14,216 nucleotides of DNA from an uncultured archaeon (GTDB lineage Archaea > Asgardarchaeota > Thorarchaeia > Thorarchaeales > Thorarchaeaceae): NCBI GenBank assembly GCA_964631415.1, contig CAZVZC010000012.1, forward strand, positions 1 to 14,216, read 5' to 3'. Under the pieces are notes generated by a model. That model saw only the letters and a list, made by a program, of their open reading frames with translations. It did not search any database and was not told the DNA's origin. Position numbers and translations under genes: made by a program. Numbering within the stretch: the stretch's first letter is position 1; the number at the start of each line of letters is the position of its first letter. This document shows, piece after piece, positions 7,639 to 14,216 of the stretch.

Positions 7639-7977
7639 CTAGAAGTTGCCGAGCCAACCAAGATCATTTCCCCTGTCGTCGAGCAGGCTGACCATCGTGT
7701 CGATTCTCTCACCGTCCACGTACCGTATCTTGCATCGGATTGTGAACGGCCTGCCGCACTTCTGGCACTTTACGAGCCAGTCTTCAACGACTCTCTCTAG
7801 CCCATGTCCTTTTGTATTCTGAGGGTTCCTTGTCACACGGATGAGGGAGAGTTCCTTTCCATCGCACGCATAAGTGCACTCCTTGAGGGGTATCGGTTCC
7901 ATACCTCTCTGACCAAGAGGGACGAACACCTCATTAGGCAAATCATCGAGGGTTGGGGCATGTTCCACGCGTGACAT
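7639..7977 (-). CDS. Hypothetical zinc-finger protein (CxxxC...CxxC), first gene of the dehydrogenase/aconitase operon
   Basis: 112-aa ATG-initiated ORF with CTYAC and CQKC pairs. Its TAG overlaps the SD of the next gene and lies 10 nt from that gene's start. Confidence 0.8.
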   Translation of the reverse strand: MSRVEHAPTLDDLPNEVFVPLGQRGMEPIPLKECTYACDGKELSLIRVTRNPQNTKGHGLERVVEDWLVKCQKCGRPFTIRCKIRYVDGERIDTMVSLLDDRGNDLGWLGNF

Positions 7978-8033
7978 CGTGTGTAGGCTTGACAGGCGTT
8001 ACGGATAAATGAGGCGGTTGGGACTCCACACCC
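7978..8033. promoter_or_regulatory. Compact divergent promoter region (56 bp) with one AT-rich TATA-like element
   Basis: GATAAAT at 8004-8010 (ATTTATC on the minus strand) is about 24-30 nt upstream of ATG 8034 and about 27-33 nt upstream of ATG 7977. Neither gene has a well-spaced SD. Confidence 0.5.
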
Positions 8034-8939
8034 ATGCGGCTTGTGACCTATTCCAGACTCGGTGTGCCTTCGATTGGCCTAGAACTTGACACTGGCATTC
8101 TTGACATCCCTGATGCAGCCTCATGTTTTGGCAGAACGTATCATGTTCATGGCTACAAGTTTCCTAATACAATGATTGACATCCTCAACTGGGAGGCCGG
8201 GCTTGACGTTGTCAGGCAGATTCTTGCTCGGTTTTTGAAGACCCCTGCTGAAGAGCGCCCATTGACTTACGCGCGCTCCGACATCAGACTCGAGGCTCCG
8301 ATTCCAAAACCCGGGAAGATAATAGCTTTGGGCCTCAACTACAAAAGCCATATAAAGGAGCTCGGAGAGGAGCCACCTAAGTTCCCCGTTGTGTTTACCA
8401 AGTTCTCTTCGTCTGTGGTCGGACCTGACAGACCCGTAGCCATCCCCAAGGTGACCACCAAGCTCGACTGGGAGGTCGAACTGGCGGTTGTCATCGGCAA
8501 GGTCTGCAAAGACGTGCCTGAGAAGGAGGCCCTGAAGTACGTAGCAGGTTACACCATTGTGAACGATCTGACCGCAAGAGAGCTTCAGAAGGTTGACGTC
8601 CAGTGGGTGAGGGCCAAGTCGCTCGATGGACTCTGTCCCATGGGTCCCGCGATTGTCACAACCGATGAGCTAGGCGATGCGTCCGGTCTGAAACTGTACA
8701 CCAAGGTAAACGGTGTGACAAAGCAAGACTCAAACACATCTGACCTGTTGTACGGAGTGCCTCAACTGGTTTCTATGCTCTCCGGCTCATTCACACTCGA
8801 GCCCGGCGATATGATTGCCACCGGGACACCGTCCGGCGTTGGGTTCAAGCGCAATCCTCCAGAGTACCTCAAGGTTGGTGACAAAATGGAGCTATGGATC
8901 GAGAAGATTGGCTACCTGAGGAACTCGATTACTGCTTGA
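8034..8939 (+). CDS. Fumarylacetoacetate hydrolase (FAH) family protein, FAHD2-like
   Basis: Motifs KIIALGLNYKSH, VFTKFSSS, LDWEVELAVVIGK, GYTIVNDLTARELQ, QWVRAKSLDGLCPMGP and LEPGDMIATGTPSGVG. Confidence 0.95.
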   Translation: MRLVTYSRLGVPSIGLELDTGILDIPDAASCFGRTYHVHGYKFPNTMIDILNWEAGLDVVRQILARFLKTPAEERPLTYARSDIRLEAPIPKPGKIIALGLNYKSHIKELGEEPPKFPVVFTKFSSSVVGPDRPVAIPKVTTKLDWEVELAVVIGKVCKDVPEKEALKYVAGYTIVNDLTARELQKVDVQWVRAKSLDGLCPMGPAIVTTDELGDASGLKLYTKVNGVTKQDSNTSDLLYGVPQLVSMLSGSFTLEPGDMIATGTPSGVGFKRNPPEYLKVGDKMELWIEKIGYLRNSITA

Positions 8940-9002
8940 GGGCCCTGCTTGAATCGGACTGAAGCTCAGCTGCTGTCTGGTCCGGGTTAGGGGACAAATG
9001 CA

Positions 9003-11300
9003 TCAGACCCTGAACCTGACCTTAATGATCTGCCCAGCCTTGAATACCTGCCGCACGGCCACAACCTCTGGTCCCACTCGCTCCAGTTTAGTTTCGTTGC
9101 CATCCACAAGAGCTTTCTCGGGGATCCATTCTTTTCCGTAGACGAAGAACACTGCCTCCGAGTCCTTTGTGTTCCCGGCTATGGTCGCACTGAGCTCATG
9201 CCTAGATGAATCCCATGACATGCTCTTGAATTCGATAGCGCCCTGTGTGAAATGCATGGTTGTGCTGAGGACCGTAGGCACTTTCGACTCAGGCCTAACC
9301 GCTAGCAGCTTGCAGGAGTGAGGCTTGAGACCCTTGACCATCACTGTCTTCTCTGACAACCCGTGGTACTCCTGGTTCCAAAAGTCGAACACATGGTGAA
9401 GCTTGCTGGGGTCAAGGCCCATGTCGCTGAGCGGGAAGGTGACATCTATGGGTTTGTCCGTCAGGTTGACTGCTGCCGCCACTGCCCAACGTCCCAGAGG
9501 TGTTTCAATGGGCAACACGAACATGCTTGGCTCTGGCCTGACTAAGGCATCCAATGCAAGCGCACCCTTCCCATATGGAGGTAGAATTCTATCAAGGAGT
9601 CGAAGACGCTCCTCGGAAACGTCCATCATGCGGTCGCTGAGCAGAACTAATCCTCCGCTCAGGCCCACTAGTGAAACCCATAGCTGGACCTCATCAATCG
9701 TCAGTTGAGTGTCATCCTGTCTCACTAGGACGCAGTCTGGGTCGTTGATCCACCAACGGCCATTGAGCACGGCCCGTGTCATCGTGTTGATGGCGCACTC
9801 AAAGACCCCGAGCCCCATGGTTTCGTATCGCCACACAGGAGCTATGTCTGTGCCTATCCTCATTGCATTTGTGATCCCGATGCAGGGACCAAGAGGTGCT
9901 CCACATCCGAGGATTAAGTCCTCGCCCACGGCCTTCCTCACAGCGTCGAGTCCGAGTCGAAGAGCCTCTGCGCGAGTGACATTCATGTCCTGCCTCACGC
10001 CCTCCTTGGCTGCATAGTGGAGGAAGTCTATCTTGAAGTACTCGTACCCATCTGCCTTGAGACCCTTGAAGAGTTTTTCAATGTGGCTGAGTACTGCAGG
10101 GTTGGTCAGGTCCAGAGCGTAGTACTTACCCAACCAGAGGGCATTCTGGTCAACAGCAATTGGCTTTCCGTCTTTGTCACGCACAAACCAGTCCGGTCTG
10201 TCCTTGAACAGTACCGAGTGCTCGGTCGCCACAAATGGAGCTGTCCATATGCCTGCTCTATGGCCAGTCTTCCTGATTCTGTCCGCGAGGTTCCTGAGCC
10301 CGCTACTGAACCTCGAGTTGCATTCCCAGTCGCCAACCGTCTTCTGGAATCCATCGTCCAGCTGTATCCACTCTATGGAGTCGGCAAACCTTCTCTGAAC
10401 AAACTCGGCATTTGCGATAATCTCGTCCTGATCGGGCATAGTGTAGTAGAAATACCAGCTGCACCAGCCTGTTGGCGCATTTCTCCACGTCATCGCTTTC
10501 ATTCGATGAGCTGCGACATCGGCATAGGTCTGAAGCCCTTCGAGTGGCTTGCGTGTGGCTATCAACAGCATCTCTTCTGACATCATGCTGTGTTTGTCAG
10601 GCAGAGATACGTTGTCACAGTAACAAGTGCATGCGACACGTGCGAGACCATCCTCCTGAGTCTGTCGCCCGGAGACGGATATGGTCGAGAACTGGTTCGC
10701 CATGGTAGTGAACCCAATGACCAGAGCAGCACCAGTGTCCGTGTTGTTGAGCACCGAGAAGAAGTGGCTCGTGTTCTCTCCCGAAGCGACCGGGGTTGTC
10801 TGACTAAGATCCCATGATTGAAAGCCATTTTTGAAGAACCTGAGGCTGTCTTTGCTCCAACCTGTATAGACCCTCGACTTATCATCGACGTCAATCAGAA
10901 GTGTTTCAATCGACCTCATCCTCAACTCATGACCTGTCTTGTTTTTGAACTGGACAACGCATGAGTAGCTTGGGCGGTCTCTGACGACAACCAGCTTGAT
11001 GTGCATCTCGGCAGTAGCCCCCGGGTCCTGAAGCTTCAACACCACTGCCTTGCCCTCATCTCGCTCGTCATGGAAGTCTAGAGTACTGATGCCTTTGTAG
11101 ATCATCTTGCGCGAATCAAAGACTCCTGCGTCTGCGTGAACTTGGACGTACCCCCTAGAGAAGCACATAGTCTTCTCATCTGATTCAGTGAGCATGAGGA
11201 GGCCCAGTCGTGTGTCAAAGAACAATGAAACCAGTCCGTTGCTCAAACGTATCCCGGCGTCAGCTACCTCAAGTCTGCATGATGAGTCTGGTTTCGTCAC
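9003..11300 (-). CDS. Glycoside hydrolase family 36 (alpha-galactosidase-like), no evident signal peptide
   Basis: Motifs FFKNGFQSW, PTGWCSWY, IQLDDGFQ..VGDW, GIWTAPF, YFKIDF (nucleophile Asp), GCGAPL, MRIGTD (acid/base Asp), WINDPD and LLSD. GAGG SD before the GTG. Confidence 0.9.
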   Translation of the reverse strand: MTKPDSSCRLEVADAGIRLSNGLVSLFFDTRLGLLMLTESDEKTMCFSRGYVQVHADAGVFDSRKMIYKGISTLDFHDERDEGKAVVLKLQDPGATAEMHIKLVVVRDRPSYSCVVQFKNKTGHELRMRSIETLLIDVDDKSRVYTGWSKDSLRFFKNGFQSWDLSQTTPVASGENTSHFFSVLNNTDTGAALVIGFTTMANQFSTISVSGRQTQEDGLARVACTCYCDNVSLPDKHSMMSEEMLLIATRKPLEGLQTYADVAAHRMKAMTWRNAPTGWCSWYFYYTMPDQDEIIANAEFVQRRFADSIEWIQLDDGFQKTVGDWECNSRFSSGLRNLADRIRKTGHRAGIWTAPFVATEHSVLFKDRPDWFVRDKDGKPIAVDQNALWLGKYYALDLTNPAVLSHIEKLFKGLKADGYEYFKIDFLHYAAKEGVRQDMNVTRAEALRLGLDAVRKAVGEDLILGCGAPLGPCIGITNAMRIGTDIAPVWRYETMGLGVFECAINTMTRAVLNGRWWINDPDCVLVRQDDTQLTIDEVQLWVSLVGLSGGLVLLSDRMMDVSEERLRLLDRILPPYGKGALALDALVRPEPSMFVLPIETPLGRWAVAAAVNLTDKPIDVTFPLSDMGLDPSKLHHVFDFWNQEYHGLSEKTVMVKGLKPHSCKLLAVRPESKVPTVLSTTMHFTQGAIEFKSMSWDSSRHELSATIAGNTKDSEAVFFVYGKEWIPEKALVDGNETKLERVGPEVVAVRQVFKAGQIIKVRFRV

Positions 11301-11385
11301 AAAGGTCTGCCTCGCTCAAGTAGTACCGTGGAGGCCTTCTTATTCTTGCCGTGTTTGAGGGGCCCGTGCAGCGTATGACCTAGTG

Positions 11386-11946
11386 CTATGCGGAGGTTCG
11401 GAGTTGCGATGCCTTGTTCATTGCCTCTTCTGCTTCATCGTATTCGAAGAGTCGCTTGTGGGCGTTCGCGAGCATCTCCCAAACGTCTCCGTCCTTTGGT
11501 TGCATGGCTAGGTACTTGGTACAGCAGAGCTTCACGGATTCCCAGTCGTTGAGCCGTTCACTGCAGCGCGCAGCATAGTACAGTGCTCTCTTGTGGTCCA
11601 TCTTGGGCCCCATCAGTGCTCTGAATATGTCCAGTGCTTCCTGCCACTCTCCTCTCTCAAAGTACTCCAATCCCTCTCTTAGCTTGTCTTCCATCTCACC
11701 ATAGGCAGGCATTCTTGCAGCGTAGGACCCGGTGAGAAGGTATGATGAACAGCACAAGAGAGCTACCGAGATCGTGATGCTGGCGCCCAAGATTAGCCCC
11801 GGCGCTACTGGAATAGCTCCTTGAGCGGCAATCCAAGCCATAGCGACTCCCGAAATGAACACGATTGACGCCGAGAGAGAAATCCATCTGACCTTGCCAC
11901 TCCCACTCGGGGCGCGTTCATCATGCTCTGGCACCACAGCATACAC
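11386..11946 (-). CDS. Membrane-anchored TPR protein (2 TM helices plus about 3 TPR repeats)
   Basis: Two hydrophobic segments (WISLSASIVFISGVAMAWIAA; GLILGASITISVALLCCSSYLL) followed by TPR-like repeats (EGLEYFERGEWQEAL; ALYYAARCSERLNDW; VWEMLANAHKRLFEYDEA). Confidence 0.85.
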   Translation of the reverse strand: MYAVVPEHDERAPSGSGKVRWISLSASIVFISGVAMAWIAAQGAIPVAPGLILGASITISVALLCCSSYLLTGSYAARMPAYGEMEDKLREGLEYFERGEWQEALDIFRALMGPKMDHKRALYYAARCSERLNDWESVKLCCTKYLAMQPKDGDVWEMLANAHKRLFEYDEAEEAMNKASQLRTSA

Positions 11947-12004
11947 CTTGGACCGGGCCCACGAACGTCTCTTTTAGACTTGGTGAATGCAACAATGACC
12001 CGAC

Positions 12005-12655
12005 TTAGGAGTCACCGCGCACATTCAAATCAAGTCGCTTGGAACGCTCGGTTCGTTTCTCGTATTCTTCTTGATCTTTCTGGGCATTCAGCCGTGCGCG
12101 TGACACGTGTATCCACTGCTCGACCATTTCCGACAGCTTTGGGTCGAGTTTGACTGCGAGCTCGGCGTAGGCAATAGCATGTTCGTCGTCACCCTCAATG
12201 AAATGAGCATTAGCCTTGTTGTAGAAGGCCTGAGCATATTCAGGCTTCAGTGCGACGGCACGCGTGTATGACTCGATAGCCTGCTTCCCTTCGCTGAGTC
12301 GCGACTGACTGTCCCCTAGGTTGTTCCACGCTTCTGCGTCATCAGGTCTGAGTTCAACTGCTCTCTCGTAGCACTGCTTGGCTCCTTTGAAGTCCTTGAG
12401 CTGATAGAGCACAGTCCCCTTGTTGAACCATATCTCGAAAATCATAGTGTCAATGGCCAGTGCTTCGTCATACGCCCTGACAGCTTCCTCACTCCTGTTG
12501 ACCTCTGCAAGTGCTACACCCAAGTTGTACCAGCCCTCTATCGAATGAGGGTTGTCCTTCGTGAACTCCTGCAATAGTCGGATTGCTTCTTCGTGCTGCC
12601 CGGTCTTGATCAACCTGACAGCTTGACGAATGGCTCGATCAATCTTCTGAGTCAA
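12005..12655 (-). CDS. Soluble tetratricopeptide repeat protein (5 TPRs plus C-terminal charged helix)
   Basis: 34-aa periodicity with WYNLGVAL, WFNKGTVL, WNNLGDSQ and FYNKANAH, and A-x-x-L/I-x-P-type repeat ends; TTG start. Confidence 0.92.
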   Translation of the reverse strand: MTQKIDRAIRQAVRLIKTGQHEEAIRLLQEFTKDNPHSIEGWYNLGVALAEVNRSEEAVRAYDEALAIDTMIFEIWFNKGTVLYQLKDFKGAKQCYERAVELRPDDAEAWNNLGDSQSRLSEGKQAIESYTRAVALKPEYAQAFYNKANAHFIEGDDEHAIAYAELAVKLDPKLSEMVEQWIHVSRARLNAQKDQEEYEKRTERSKRLDLNVRGDS

Positions 12656-12707
12656 ACTAATACCGCATAACTCGACCTGTGAATTGGGATAAGTGTTGTG
12701 AAGGAAC

Positions 12708-13139
12708 CTATTGGGGTTTCTTCGCCATTTGTCTCGCGATTATCGTCAGGATTGCACCGACCCAACCTGCCGACTGAGCCGCCAGTAGGAGGAAGTTGAC
12801 GAGAGTTCCGAAACCCGATGTCCAAATGATCTCTATCAGAGAGATCACAAGTCCAATGAGCCCCATGCCAGCGCCTAGGCCGATGATGAACTTTCCTGTG
12901 CCCACCCGGGCACCCGTGAGAAGAACGCCTCCAATGATTACGCTGATGCCACCCAGTCCAGCTAGGAAGAGCAGGACGTAAAGGATGATGTTGATCAGCC
13001 ACATGTAGGGTTCAAGTGCTGGTATTGACGCCGCGATGTCGTCCATCAGCTCTAGAAATCCTATGCTTTCAACGGTGCTGGTAGCTATCAAGAGTAAGCC
13101 GCCCACTATGCAGAGCAAGAACGGTATTCGGTTGTGCAC
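12708..13139 (-). CDS. Hypothetical Gly-rich integral membrane protein (about 4 TM helices)
   Basis: 143 aa, almost wholly hydrophobic with several GxxxG-like motifs. GGTGA SD before the GTG and TATA-like AATATA at 13175-13180. Confidence 0.82.
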   Translation of the reverse strand: MHNRIPFLLCIVGGLLLIATSTVESIGFLELMDDIAASIPALEPYMWLINIILYVLLFLAGLGGISVIIGGVLLTGARVGTGKFIIGLGAGMGLIGLVISLIEIIWTSGFGTLVNFLLLAAQSAGWVGAILTIIARQMAKKPQ

Positions 13140-13199
13140 GCACTCACCCAGGACTTCGAGGGTCCGGACTTCCCTATATTCGTATCCTTCAAGGGGCCC

Positions 13200-14054
13200 C
13201 TAAGTGCTGTCTGCTATCATGACCGGACGTCTCTTCACGAAGTCGTATGGCGCGGCAAACCCGCAGTTTCTGATCAACTCAAGTGCCCTATTCACATCTG
13301 CGCCCACGTCTCCAGGACTGTGAGCATCAGAGCCAACAGTCACAGTTGTGACACCTGATTTCCGCAGGGCTCGGATCAGAGAAGATTCAGGCATTGGCTC
13401 CTGCATACCCTTCCTCCATGACGATGTATTCACTTCGAAACCGACGTCATGGGACTTCATCTTGATAGCGAGTTCCTTCAGGTGTGACGACCATAAGGAG
13501 TGAATTCCCTTGCCGTAGAACCGCTCTCCGTAGCGGCGATAAATGTCCATGTGGCCAAGCAGATCGAAAAACCCGGTTTCGGCACAGTCGGTCAGAAGAC
13601 CATAGTATCTGTCGCCCAGTTCCTCCAATGAGAGTTTCTGAAAAGTGATAAGGGCATCCTTCTCCGTAGACATCTGCATGTGGTCGACGAGATGAACAGA
13701 GCCGATCACCAGATCGAACTCTGTATCATGAAACTGATCCGGCAAGACTTCCAAGGCGCCGGGATAATAGTCGACCTCGACACCCAGACGGACTTGCAGC
13801 CCGCGATTCTTGAATGAGTCGCCGGCAGTCCTCACCGCAGACTCATAGTCCTCCAGCCAGCGGCCATCGAAGACACTGACCCTCTTACCGTTGATGATAA
13901 CATACGCGTCGTCGTAGTCAGGGTCGGTGTCCAAATGTGTCGTGAAACAAATCTCCCCGAGACCCACTTCGAGTGCCTTGAGGCAGAAGTCCTCTATGCT
14001 ACCCTCGGCATCGATTGAGTAGCCGGAGTGAACATGGAAATCGATCAGAGTGAT
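13200..14054 (-). CDS. PHP-domain phosphatase, histidinol-phosphatase HisJ-like; start extended to a non-canonical codon
   Basis: PHP motifs DFHVHSGYS.D (upstream of the called GTG at 13967), TTHLD, GVEVDY, IGSVH, LGHMD, FEVNTS and VGSDAH. GGAGG at 14062-14066 lies 7 nt before the in-frame ATC (14054). Confidence 0.9.
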   Translation of the reverse strand: MTLIDFHVHSGYSIDAEGSIEDFCLKALEVGLGEICFTTHLDTDPDYDDAYVIINGKRVSVFDGRWLEDYESAVRTAGDSFKNRGLQVRLGVEVDYYPGALEVLPDQFHDTEFDLVIGSVHLVDHMQMSTEKDALITFQKLSLEELGDRYYGLLTDCAETGFFDLLGHMDIYRRYGERFYGKGIHSLWSSHLKELAIKMKSHDVGFEVNTSSWRKGMQEPMPESSLIRALRKSGVTTVTVGSDAHSPGDVGADVNRALELIRNCGFAAPYDFVKRRPVMIADST

Positions 14055-14160
14055 TGTCGGGCCTCCTAGGACAAGCGACCCTTTTTAGGCTTGAAATACG
14101 TCTTACGCATTTCTTCTTGCCGTTATGGTCCCTATTGCAGCTTCAGAGGAGATTTGTGGG

Positions 14161-14193
14161 GGAAAAAAAGAGGAATGAAGAAGCAGGTGCTTC
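14161..14193 (-). terminator. Hairpin plus oligo-U terminator of the upstream minus-strand gene
   Basis: The minus strand reads TAG-GAAGC ACCT GCTTC-TTCATTCCTCTTTTTTTCC: a short stem-loop directly after the stop, then a 7-T tract. Confidence 0.7.
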
Positions 14194-14216
14194 CTACTTC
14201 TTCTTGGCTGGCTTCT
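14194..14216 (-). CDS. 3' end of a gene truncated by the window edge (C-terminus ...KPAKKK*)
   Basis: The minus strand reads AAG CCA GCC AAG AAG AAG TAG followed by a terminator. The Lys-rich tail is too short to identify the product. Confidence 0.55.

Noticed and set aside
7639-7977. LysW-like amino-group carrier protein (Zn finger beside homoaconitase-like genes, internal EDW)
   Set aside because: LysW is about 55 aa, highly acidic and ends in EDWGE. This protein is 112 aa and ends in GWLGNF, and no lysX/lysZ genes are nearby.
8034-11300. FAH protein and GH36 as one galactose-oxidation unit
   Set aside because: The genes are convergent, and no sugar dehydrogenase, lactonase or dehydratase is present.
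1859-13358. Many short antisense or alternate-frame ORFs inside the main genes (e.g. 2202..2705-, 4208..4609+, 10017..10580+, 12652..13002+)
   Set aside because: They are shadow ORFs of well-supported genes and have no motifs of their own.
14194-14216. Identifying the truncated KPAKKK* gene as EF-1alpha or a ribosomal protein
   Set aside because: Six codons are not enough to identify the product.
1-14216. CRISPR arrays, tRNA/rRNA genes, transposases or integrases
   Set aside because: I saw no regularly spaced repeats, cloverleafs or recombinase motifs, and the intergenic gaps are short.

Overview
Archaeal genomic window of moderate GC. The GGTGA/GGAGG Shine-Dalgarno motifs, apparently leaderless genes, TATA-like boxes and gene repertoire suggest an Asgard/Thorarchaeota-like organism; the taxonomy is inference. 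In order it holds: a surface-protein reading frame interrupted by in-frame TAG and TGA; a DUF35 Zn-ribbon/OB-fold protein; an acyl-CoA dehydrogenase; a large membrane-anchored extracellular protein; a four-gene minus-strand operon (Zn-finger protein, LeuB/IDH-family dehydrogenase, LeuC/HacA-like and LeuD/HacB-like aconitase subunits) divergent from an FAH-family hydrolase; a GH36 alpha-galactosidase; two TPR proteins; a Gly-rich membrane protein; a PHP-family (HisJ-like) phosphatase; and the last codons plus terminator of an upstream gene. The best candidate for an undescribed system is the operon. It has no LeuA-type synthase, its dehydrogenase carries NADP-type (KHY, TYD) rather than NAD-type cofactor residues, and it is led by an unknown Zn-finger gene. 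Other notable points are the PHP gene, which needs a non-canonical start codon (ATC/CTG), and the doubly interrupted ORF followed by a long TGCAG-rich stem-loop. No mobile elements, CRISPR arrays, tRNAs or rRNAs were recognised.
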